64,000 bases of DNA. Origin: Eledone cirrhosa. Taxonomy: Eukaryota. The translations under genes were made by a program, and so were the position numbers. The stretch is taken from positions 370,698,001 to 370,762,000 of the forward strand of contig OZ024743.1 of NCBI GenBank assembly GCA_964016885.1, given 5' to 3'. Shown here piece after piece: positions 12,651 through 24,709 of the stretch. The notes under the pieces are model-generated. The model had not been told where the DNA came from. It worked only from the letters and a program-made list of their open reading frames with translations, and did no database searches. Position 1 is the stretch's first letter. Each line of letters begins with the position of its first letter.

Positions 12651-14066
12651 AGCTAATTTATAACAATGACGGACCTATACCCACATTTCCAATAATATTT
12701 CTACTTTGAATTTAAATCATCTAAATCTTCTAATTTGTGTATACCTTTATATAACTCCCCATTATATAGGGTATTGAACCCACCACATTATTTAATAAAC
12801 CTGACCACCCCCATTAACTTAGGCACATGTTATCCTCTATGTTCATTTTTTTCATTTGATAATCAGACTATTACCAACACCCTAATATGTTAATACACTC
12901 CTTGTATTTTCATTTCACTACTACAAATCTTATACTTATATTTATATATTATTCCCTTAACAACCCCTAAAATAGATCAAATAAGTACATTGTCCACCTT
13001 CCTATGTTATCCTTCTTAAAGTATCTTACATTTATTTATTTCATTTCTTTCCCTTTAATTACTTTCCTTAATAGTAAGTATGTACTTTGATATGAATTCT
13101 TTTAAATTCCTTAATAATAGTTATGAATTGATATCATTACCTAGATTTAAGTTTGTAACTAACCACTATTATAGCAAATATAAATAAATATAGCATATAA
13201 TGGGTGCCTGATAATAGTGATCATAATGTATATACTATAAATTAACATGTGTAGGTACCAATTTTAGTCTAGTATAAATTATTCACTATTAAAAATTTCT
13301 CTCCATTATGTTATAATAATACTTTAACATTTTTAACACAATTTGGTAAAGGATAAATATATTAATAATGTAAATTGTTTATAACATTATAATGTATAAG
13401 AGTTCTTTTAATATTTCTTAATATTTATTTAATATAATAATAATAATATATAATAATTTATTTAATTCTAAATAATTTTATTCTCAATAGCTTATTATGA
13501 ATAGTCCTTATAAATTACCCCCTATAAATTACCTCCCTTCGTCCTTCTTCATCAAATCCTACCACGTTTTTCAAATCTTAACGGTTTAATATGAGTATAT
13601 TTACACTCACGCCGTCTTAAGGTATTTTTATAAGCTGATATTTGAATTTCAACTCAGACCAGCTTGGTGTACCAAATGGAAAAATGTCAAGCAACATGTA
13701 CATAAACTAGTGTGCATAAACTACGTTTAATCAATGAACATATATATCTGTTTGAACTGTACAATTCTATACTTAATGCTTCCACACTTCACAAATATAA
13801 CCATTACATTTCTCTGCATGATAATTATGACTAACATTATTAAACTTTTCGCCTAAATCTTTTCACCTTAAACTAATATATGTTATGATGCTTATAATAT
13901 GTAACACCTATATGTATGATCCTACTACACAATTGTCTTGCACTTATTGCATGTTCCCTGCTATTATTAACATTCCTGATATGATATTCTTGCTATAATA
14001 TTTTTATTTTCATTATGACTTTTTTATTTTTTTATTTTTTTATATTAGTAATAATCCGTGTGTATA

Positions 14067-14336
14067 TCTCCTTATAATATATAACCAGCAATTTCTCTGT
14101 CTGTCTGTGCGACAGTGGAAACACGTGCGCGCGTGGTTGCTATCTCTCTCTCTCTCCAGCTATCCCTCTCTTTTAGTCTGTCTGTTTCTCTCACTCTCAC
14201 TCTTTCTCTTTGTAACACACTAACATTCCCGCTGTGACGAATGGGGAGATAGAGGAGGAGGAGAGAGTCACTTCGTCACTACACCTCTGCCTTTCTTTCT
14301 CTCCCCTCTCACTCCCTCATTACGTACAGACATTAG
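14067..14336 (+). mobile_element. Non-autonomous Helitron 5' segment
   Basis: A|TCTCCTTATAATATATAA..TTTCTCTGTCTGTCTG start, shared with 15067; 3' end not identified. Confidence 0.5.
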
Positions 14337-14523
14337 GGCGGTGGATTGGCAGAATCTGTAGAGAGTCGGACACCATGCTTCATAGCATGGAGTTACGTCC
14401 CTTTACGGTCTGAGTTCAAATACTGCCGAGGTTAACTTTGCCTTTCATCCTCACGGGGTCGATAAAATAAAGTACCAGTAATGTACTGGGTAATTGATGG
14501 CCTTGTGCCAAAAGTAGAAACAA
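14337..14523 (+). mobile_element. tRNA-derived SINE family S1
   Basis: A-box-like TGGCAGAATCTG, B box GAGTTCAAAT, conserved body TTTGCCTTTCATCC..GGGGTCGATAAAATAAAGTACC; six copies in window. Confidence 0.85.
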
Positions 14524-14673
14524 TTATTAGAAACATTGCTTCATTTTTACATATCTAAGCATTAGTAAAATAACTAATAATTTCAAGAGTAATTTTTCAA
14601 TTCCAATTGTTATGAACAGCAAAACATTAATAATAATTTTGTTCTAAGAAATATATATACATTTCTGTGTGTG

Positions 14674-14734
<61 letters not shown>

Positions 14735-14760
14735 GAAATATATATACATTTCTGTGTGTG

Positions 14761-14803
<43 letters not shown>

Positions 14804-14805
14804 GA

Positions 14806-15066
14806 AATATATGGGCATTTCTCTGTTTGTCTGTCTGTCTGTCCTTCCCTAAAACTCAAATGTAGGTGCTACAGAAATATTACCTTCCCCTTCCTTTCTC
14901 CACACTGGTACTACCAAGAGAAACACTGTCGCTATAGAAACATTACCTTCCCCTCTCCACTGACTTTGGTCACTGAGGCCGAGGGAATCGCTGGTTGCTA
15001 TAGAGACACCTTGCACAAGCCAGAAGTAACCAGTTCGAGGCGGTTCTGACTTGACACCATGCCAAG
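14806..15066 (+). mobile_element. Non-autonomous Helitron (5' eroded), ending in degenerate CAAG
   Basis: ATGGGCATTTCTCTGTTTGTCTGTCTG shared with the 15067 element; directly abuts it. Confidence 0.45.
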
Positions 15067-15782
15067 TCTACTTATAATATATAATGGGCATTTCTCTGTT
15101 TGTTTGTCTGTCTGTCCGTCTGTAAAAAATGCTAAGGAAACAAATAGACGCGGTTTCAAATCTCTATGCTTTTCAAATTCATTACATTAATCTTTATTTA
15201 TAAGTTTCGCTTTACGAGTGTTTCGACTTACGAGTGTTTCGGCTTACGAGTGTTTCGGCTTATCATTATATATAAACGTTTGGGCAGTGGATTGGCAGTA
15301 TCGGTAGAGGGTCGGACGCCGTGCTTTACAGCATAGTTACGTCCCTTTACAATCTGAGTTCAAATCCCGCCGAGGTTGACTTTGCCTTTCATCCTTACGG
15401 GATCGATAAAATAAAGTACCAGTAATGCACTGGGTAATTGCTGGCCTTGTGCCTAAAGTAGAAACAATTATATATAAACGTTTCTATTTCCATCGTTTTA
15501 TCGTAAACGTTTATATATTTCCATCGTTATATCATAACGTTTATGTATCATAAAGTTTATATTTCCGTCACTAATCTCTTTTTCTCCTTTTTCGTTTTAA
15601 CATATATTTATTTCAAAGATTTCACCGTATAGATAACATATATATTTATACATGCATAAAAGACACACCGATAGACGTTGAACATGTGGTGCCGAAAACA
15701 TTTCTCATCCAAATACCAACAATATCAGTATATACACTAGATTTGCTAGCAGAAAACCGCCCACCGGGTGGTTTTCTGCTAG
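15067..15782 (+). mobile_element. Non-autonomous Helitron with nested SINE and palindromic CTAG end
   Basis: TC start, CTAG end at 15779-15782 with GC hairpin; internal TTACGAGTGTTTCG tandem x3 (15211-15260). Confidence 0.6.
15282..15466 (+). mobile_element. SINE S1 with 17-bp TSD
   Basis: TSD ATTATATATAAACGTTT at 15265-15281 and 15467-15483. Confidence 0.9.
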
Positions 15783-16446
15783 TCTATATATATAAAACTG
15801 AGGATGTATGTCTGTGTGCGTGTGTGAGTTTGAATCCCTAAAACTAGAGAAGCACCCAACCGACTGTTTTCAAACTTTACACATGTAATACTTATGTTTC
15901 AGGGAGTGTTCTGAGCAAAAATATTTCAGATTTTCAATGTCCTAGGGACTGCATTAGGCGATTTAGCGATCTCTCTCTATAATTCTTAGTATTTCTCTTT
16001 TTAGATAGATACATATAACGTCGCGCCCTTATAATATATGTCTGTATGTCTGGCTGTCTGCATTACGTCACTTCCTACAATTCGGTCTGCGTCCAAAACG
16101 CGCCCTTATAATATCTGTCTGTATGTCAGGCTGTCTGCATTACGTCACTTCCTACAATTCGCTCTGCGTCCAAAACGCGCCCTTATAATATGTCTGTATG
16201 TCTGGCTGTCTGCTTCATCCAGTTATTCTGCCGCCCTTGCTCAAGACAAATCTCACACTCATTCCCTAAACAGTTGGTAAGTGCACACAACTTCTTCCTC
16301 ACGTTTTAAGCCACAGTGTTGCTTACTTACGTACCACCAGACCCTTATTTCTTTGCCAGCCATGGTTGTGGCAATACTAAGCTTATCTAAGGCGGTTATA
16401 TATTTCACAATACCTTATCCCGTGTAACGCCGGGTACCACTGCTAG
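15783..16446 (+). mobile_element. Non-autonomous Helitron
   Basis: TCTATATATATAAAACTG start; CCCGTGTAACGCCGGG hairpin then CTAG|T; termini resemble 44740-46165; 77-bp tandem units at 16022, 16099, 16176. Confidence 0.8.
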
Positions 16447-16766
16447 TATATCATATACCTCAGAATACTTATATTATAGCTTTAAGACAAATTTTATTTT
16501 GTTGCTATCTTTTCATTATAAGCATTTCAGTATAATATTCTTTTGCTCTTACTCTTTAATATATTGTAACTGACACTAACAATTATAATTAGTCTTCTCA
16601 CATATAATGTACCATGTTGAATGTTCTAATGATTAGGAATTTAATTGTTTTAACCTTTTATATACTCCGATCATTCCTATGTCTGGAAGAAAGGATCGTA
16701 AGCAATTGAATGTTTTAAACAAAATTTTATTGTTATCTATGTTGTATATATATTTATATATATATT

Positions 16767-16811
<45 letters not shown>

Positions 16812-16828
16812 TAGGGGGGGGTTTGAAC

Positions 16829-17096
16829 AAGGTAAAATCTATTCCAATATTATGTTTCCCTGTTTTTTTTCTGTTCAATTTCCAACTGCCCAATGAGGTC
16901 ATAGCTGTTGAATAATGTCTAACACCGAAATATATATAGCAGTGAATATGAATAAACGAAATTAATTTTAACCAGTTGCCTTACACTTCTTGTTTTTAGA
17001 TTATTCCGGAGTAAACAGACCCACCTGCACACTTCGTTGAGTGCTCTAACTTGCATTCTGAAGTATCGGTAAACGACGAACACCTTACTCAAAGTT
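16829..17096 (+). mobile_element. PLE pseudo-LTR with decayed hammerhead (16885-16943)
   Basis: direct repeat of 19168-19430; ACTGC-CCAATGA-GGT..ACC-GAAA-TATATA-TA-GCAGT. Confidence 0.65.
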
Positions 17097-17108
17097 ATAT
17101 ATATATAC

Positions 17109-17168
<60 letters not shown>

Positions 17169-17175
<7 letters not shown>

Positions 17176-17444
17176 TAATGAAATGACAGGAGGCTGAATT
17201 TGTGTAAATCCTTGAAACGTTTATTATACTATGATCATTTCAATGACCGGGTTCCGTATGAATCCGGTGATATCATCAAATCCAGCCTCCTGTCATTTCA
17301 TTATAATATTTAACTCCGTAATAGCACCACCAACTACAAAAACAAAGACGGTTGAACTGCTTTACGTTGAGTACTCTCTATATTATTGCATTACGATTAA
17401 CCATACGGAATAGACCAGCTCTATACAGTGGTGAACCTCAAACC

Positions 17445-17448
<4 letters not shown>
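17169..17448 (+). mobile_element. Fold-back PLE-type terminus (arms 17169-17201 / 17277-17310 plus tail)
   Basis: inverted arms, (TA)n flanks; second copy on minus strand at 63824-64000. Confidence 0.65.
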
Positions 17449-17504
<56 letters not shown>

Positions 17505-17514
17505 GTGTGTGTGT

Positions 17515-17885
17515 ATAAATGTAATCTGAGTTTTTCGAATATTAATAATAATATTCGATTCGTTTGCAATTATGCAAACAAGTCTCATTTTTAAAGCCAT
17601 GTCAGTAGAATGAGTCCCTCATTCTTGCTCTTGTGTTGGCATGTAAACATAACTACAGACACTAATGTTTCTGGGTATCACCCTTTATCAGTACAGCTCA
17701 CTGCTCACATACCAACTGTCAGAGCTAGTGAAAATATATGTAATTTTCTAAAATATACAGTGACTATCGGCCTGATTTGCATATTAACAGATCCACTGAT
17801 CAGCCAGATTTGCATATCAGCAGACTGGCCAGTCAGTTTCCTATATACAAGCGATATATGGCCGGCTTTGCCACATTCAAATAAA
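17515..17885 (-). mobile_element. PLE pLTR family O (octamer array plus hammerhead), copy 1
   Basis: homologous to 28490-28890 and 46218-46655; hammerhead at ~17651-17699 with G8A change. Confidence 0.75.
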
Positions 17886-17909
17886 ATGTATATATATATA
17901 TATATATAT

Positions 17910-19430
17910 GTGAAAAACATGGGAAGAAAGGGGAATACTGCGTGGTTGCACATGGGTTACATATTATAAAATTAGTCCCTCATCAGTGATTTGCCAACCA
18001 TCATTGGTATTTCATCGCAAGGAATGTTTGTTTGGATATAAGATATGAAATTAAAATTTATTATAAAAAATATACTTATGGATCTGTTTTTCTTTTTTCT
18101 TCTTTGATTCATCAAAGTAACATTATTGAAAAAATAAGATTGGTCTTAATTTAAGTTCAGCAGGTTGAGGTGGATTCTTTACAGACTTTGTTAATTGTTT
18201 TACACTTATGGATCGTCGGAAGTCCGTAAAGATTGCTGGTTTAGCATTCAAAATGTGTTAAATAATCGCGTTCCTTTTTAGTTAAGCTTTTCTGGTATTG
18301 ACAAATGAATGCGTTTAATCTGGTCATCGTTTTTTATTGCTGGCAGTTGTTTACTATTTCATAGTAGTTGGTATCTTGTAAGAGAGAGAATATAGAGTGT
18401 TTATACTGTTCAGCATCCATCATGACGACAGTGGCTCCCTTATCCGCTTCCTTAATTATAATGTCAGTATTGTTTTACAATTCATAGATAATCTTCCATT
18501 CCCTTCGTCTCGAGTCAGGTTTGGGTTTAGGCTGTGGTAGTTTAGCCACTTTTCATATATATCTGCTTTGCCGTTATTTTTTAGGAGATTCCAAAAGGCA
18601 AGTTTGTGGGCTGTGAGCTTTTGAGTCCATATATTATTTTCTCTGAGTGGATTTCTCGTAGTTTGGGTTCTAATGGTTGTTCCAGCTTTTTTAGCATTGC
18701 TGTCTCAGTGGTTTTGATTAGTTTGGTTAATGTTGGAGTAATATCCGTCTTTTGGGTATTTTCTCCTTCATGGAGTCCTTTTTGTAGATATGTATTTGGT
18801 CCACTTTGTTGGTCAAAAGTGAAAGTTTGAAGTGAAAGTTCTTTTAAGATGTCCTGGTTCAATGTGTTCCCAACCCACACAAAGGAACAAAGATTACAAC
18901 CCGGACCATCAACAAACCGAACCTCAATACGTCCGAAACCTCTATACAAGACCACACAACAACTGGGAAAATGCCATTACATATAGTAATACTCATGAAA
19001 AAACAATTCAGAAAGATCATTTTTTAGACCAAGGCTACAGGACCCACGACACCCGATGGCACAAACTGATTTTTAAAAACCAAAAATAATCAATCATTCA
19101 AATACAAACATCTCAACCCAACAAATTAAAATTCTCTCAAAAGGACTGAAATTCACACCTACACCACAAGGTAAAATCTATTCCAACATTGTTTTTCTGT
19201 TGTTTTTTTTGTTCAAGTTCTGTCAGATGAGGTCATAGCTGTTGAATAATGGTTATCACCGTAATATATATAGCAAATAATATGAATAAACGAAGCTAAT
19301 TTTAACTTGTTGACTTACACTTCTTGTTTTTACATTACTCCGGAGTAAACAGACCCACCTGCACACTTCGTTGAGTGCTCTAACCTGCATTCTGAAGTGT
19401 TGCTAAACAACCAACACATACTCAAAGTTA
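17910..19430. mobile_element. Rearranged Penelope-like element with RT fragments on both strands and 3' pLTR
   Basis: minus: NNTDIIIKEADKGATVVMMD (~18414-18473), LYGLPTIHK (~18205-18232); plus: IKILSKGLKFTPTP (~19125-19167); pLTR 19168-19430. Confidence 0.75.
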
Positions 19431-19495
19431 TATATATAACTCCATATATATATATATTGGAAAATGTGTGTAATCCTTGGTACAGTTAGGTATAT

Positions 19496-20550
19496 TAAGA
19501 CAGGGGGAAGAAAAAATGGCTTTACTTTCTCTTTCAACAAATTTATTTTCTTCACAAAATCCAAAAAGAATTTTTTTCCGGATTAGAAAAAAATTTTTTT
19601 CCTTAAAAAAATTATTTTATAAATTAAGTTAGGTCTTAGGAGTTCTTGGTTAACGTAGGAGGTATTGTTTCGTTTTTAGAACGACCTTTCACGCTGAGGT
19701 GCGCTTGTCAAACTGATGTGTATGTGGTGTGTTGTTCTATATATAGGGATTTAACATGTCTGTGGTGTGGTGGGGTTTTTTTTTCTCCCCCTTTAATAAG
19801 TGCATGGGTGTAGGTGTGTTGAAAAAGTGTTAATAGCAGTAATGAGTTGAGACGGTGAGTAGGGTTGGGTGGGGAGTAATGTAGCAAGTGCGGCCTGTCC
19901 CGGTCATTCTCGAAAAATTCCTTTATTCAGGGGAAAAAGCTTTTAGTATTCCTTTGTGTTGAGAATGGTAACAGGCAAATCGCACCTGCCAAGTTTGTAA
20001 ACAATTATTATTATTTTTTTTTTCTCCTTTTTTTTTTTTTTTCTGAAGAATTTTTCTACGTCCATCCCAACCCGGATTTTCCAGGGCCGCCGAGAGCGCA
20101 CCGGACGCCGCCCGAGACGCGGCGCTCTACACACACGGGCATATGTAGGAATATATAGGCACACACCATCAATCACACACCCATGTACATATACATCCAC
20201 ATACATACACAAAAACATATAAAGACACATATAAAAACACATATACACATACGTACACACACGAATATGTACTCATACCTCCACATGGCTATATATATAT
20301 ATATATACATACATACATATACATACATATACACACATAAAGATGCATAACTAAATATACATATATACCCATACACGCACACATACACACACACACACAC
20401 ACACGTGTACACACACACACACACACACACATATACATATGTCCGTATATATACCTCCGTTCACACATACATGCATACACACACACACATACACACATAC
20501 ACATATATATATATATAGAGAGAGAGAGAGGCATACACACACACATATAC

Positions 20551-20595
<45 letters not shown>

Positions 20596-20692
20596 CATAC
20601 ATATATACATACATATATGTACACATAAACACATACAGACACATACACACATATACATACATATACACATATATACATATCTATATATATAT

Positions 20693-20731
<39 letters not shown>

Positions 20732-20786
20732 CATACACATACACATACAAGTACATACATACACACATACATATATACACATACAT

Positions 20787-20859
<73 letters not shown>

Positions 20860-20880
20860 TATACATACACACACATACAT

Positions 20881-20928
<48 letters not shown>

Positions 20929-20950
20929 ACACACAAGCACATAAAGACAC

Positions 20951-21028
<78 letters not shown>

Positions 21029-21160
21029 ATACATACATCTACATACATACATACATATACATACACACACATAAACATATATCTATCTATATATATATAT
21101 ATATATATACACAAACATACACATACATACATACATATATATACATATATATACACACAT

Positions 21161-21259
<99 letters not shown>

Positions 21260-21492
21260 TACACCACATACACATCAGTTTGACAAGCGCACCTCAGCAT
21301 GAAAGGTCGTTCTAAAAACGAAACAATACCTCCTACGTTAACCAAGAACTCCTAAGACCTAACTTAATTTATAAAATAATTTTTTTAAGGAAAAAAATTT
21401 TTTTCTAATCCGGAAAAAAATTCTTTTGAGATTTTGTGAAGAAAATAAATTTGTTGAAAGCACAAGTGAAGCCATTTTTTCTTCCCCCCTGT
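19496..21492 (-). mobile_element. PLE-like element with ~240-bp inverted arms (19496-19732 / 21259-21492) enclosing decayed RT and a microsatellite
   Basis: arms are clear reverse complements; VYKLGRCDLPVTILNTKEY resembles the PLE KADKG..VIL motif; sequence looks homopolymer-noisy. Confidence 0.5.
20130..21260. repeat. Compound (TA)n/(CA)n/(TACA)n microsatellite
   Basis: direct reading. Confidence 0.95.
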
Positions 21493-21596
21493 GTCTATAT
21501 ATATATATACACACATACATACATATATTATATACTTATATATATATGTATATTTAAAAAAAATTATATATATATATGTATATATATATATATGTG

Positions 21597-22078
21597 TATG
21601 GATGTATATATAATGTATTTTGCAATACACTTTATGCCTAATTAAAAGCATTTTGAAGACCGTATGCTATTGTTTTAGAGTAGTGACAAATTCACTTACT
21701 TTAATCTCAGCAAACAGGGGAGATAAGCCGACAAGGGCCTTGTTTCGCTTTTGTTGAAGCTTATCAAGGCTAACTACCCCTCCTGTCTACTGAGATTACT
21801 GATGTTATATTCTTATAGAATTCTAGTAACATCAGTAATCTATACGATATAGAATTCTATAAGAATATAACATCAGTAATCTCAGTAGACAGGAGGGGTA
21901 GTTAGCCTTGATAAGCTTCAACAAAAGCGAAACAAGGCCCTTGTCGGCTTATCTCCCCTGTTTGCTGAGATTAAAGTAAGTGAATTTGTCACTACTCTAA
22001 AACAATAGCATACGGTCTTCAAAATGCTTTTAATTAAGCATAAAGTGTATTGCAAAATACATTATATATACATCCATA
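21597..22078. repeat. 229-bp-arm near-perfect palindrome (fold-back pLTR)
   Basis: arms 21597-21825 / 21850-22078, one mismatch seen; 24-nt spacer. Confidence 0.95.
21895..21958 (+). ncRNA. Type I hammerhead ribozyme, U3-A8 core variant (mirror copy on minus at 21717-21780)
   Basis: AGCC-TTGATAA-GCTT caacaa AAGC-GAAA-CAAG gcc CTTG-TC-GGCT, stem I extends via GGGG/CCCC. Confidence 0.8.
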
Positions 22079-22116
22079 TATATATTGCTATTTCAGAGCT
22101 CCAATTCTAATTTTTA

Positions 22117-22154
<38 letters not shown>

Positions 22155-22189
22155 CATATATGTATATATATACATATATATATATATAC

Positions 22190-22262
<73 letters not shown>

Positions 22263-22270
22263 CATATATG

Positions 22271-22302
<32 letters not shown>

Positions 22303-22326
22303 CACATATATATATATATACATATA

Positions 22327-23172
<846 letters not shown>

Positions 23173-23426
23173 TGACGAAGGACTATTTTTATCATATGTA
23201 ACCCACGTGCAAACCACGCAGTATACTTCTTTCTTCTCATGTTTTTTTATATATATTTACCTCGGCTGCGTTTGTCTGTTTCTCTCTTACTGCTTCCCCG
23301 GTCTCTCTCTGTGAAGTGTTAAGGTATTAAGGAAAAAAAATTTTTTTTTCCTAATAATCGTCTTTTTCTCCCTATTTTCATATATATATGTATATATTCC
23401 AACTCGTGTGTTCCTTCTTCACATTT

Positions 23427-24400
23427 TATATATATATATAAAGTTGTGGTTCCTGTCTGTTTGTTTGTTTGTTCACGAACTCTTTCTATGGTTTTGGAGA
23501 TAGACCCCCATAACCATATATATTCTGAAACTGCATTGCCCAGTGTACTTGGATAAGTATATTTCATTTTAATTAAAGGCTTCCCCGGCGGCACAAACCC
23601 CCGCCTAAAATTTTTTCCCTTCGATTTATATGCAATTTTAACCATAGTTAAATTACAAGATATGATGCCTATTCACACAATTTCAGCAAATTTGAATAAT
23701 ATTAAGACACTTTAATAGGGGTTAAACCCCCTACAGTGAAAATTTTGGCCAATAAATGGAACAAGTTTTCACGAACTCCTCCTATGGTTTTGGAGATAGA
23801 CCCCCATAACCATATATATTCTGAAACTACAGGATACTTGGATAAATATATATTCTGAAACTACAGGATACTTGGATAAATATATATTCTGAAACTACAG
23901 GATACTTGGATAAGTATATTTCATTTTAATCAAAGGGTTCCCCGGGTGTAAAAATCCCCGCTGAAAACACTCGCTGAAAATGTTGATGCCTATTCACAAA
24001 ATTTCAGCAAATTTGAATAATATTAAGACACCCTAATGGGGGTTAATCCCCCTATAAGGGTTTCCCGGGGGCACAAACCCCCGCTGAAAATGTTTTCCCT
24101 TCGATTTCTTAAACCATAGGTAAATGACAAAATATTATTCACAAAAGTTTTGAATTGAAATTTTGAAAAAAATTATTTACAAGAAACAGAATAAGAATAA
24201 GATTTAATAATGTAATTTTGATTTGATATATTACAAAAAATAATTTTTTCCAATTTTTCATGCATTGCATTTCACATAGTAACATTGAAATGCAGAGTTT
24301 TTCTCCATAAATTATATCACTGATTTAAAATCAATCATCATTTTCTTACAAAAAAAAAAAAAATGTTTGAAACGCAGCAAGGTGCGGGTAATTTGGCTAG
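23427..24400 (+). mobile_element. Non-autonomous Helitron with internal duplications
   Basis: TATATAAAGTTG..TGTCTGTTTGTTTG start; CGCAGCAAGGTGCG hairpin then CTAG|T at 24397-24400; duplicated block from 23472 and 23768; ~33-bp tandem x3 near 23813-23915. Confidence 0.75.
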
Positions 24401-24709
24401 TACATATATATATATATAGATGTATGTATATATGTATGTATGTGTATATATATGTTTGTGTTTGTGTGTGTATATATATATATATAGGAAATTTTCTTTA
24501 TATGTGTATGTATGTGCATGTGTATTTATAGATATGTTTGTGTGTATGAGTGCGTGGGTGTGCGGGTGTGTGTGTGTGCATGCATATGTCTGTGTGTGAT
24601 TATAAAGCGCTGACTATTCTGTATACTTTGACACACCATGTTAATACAGTCACTTAAAGATTTCCTTTTTGTCTGCTTAGCATAATTGAACCTTGAAATA
24701 TATATATAA

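Noticed and set aside
20060-20140. GC-rich patch as a CpG island or promoter
   Set aside because: Very short and embedded in homopolymer-noisy sequence that may be low quality
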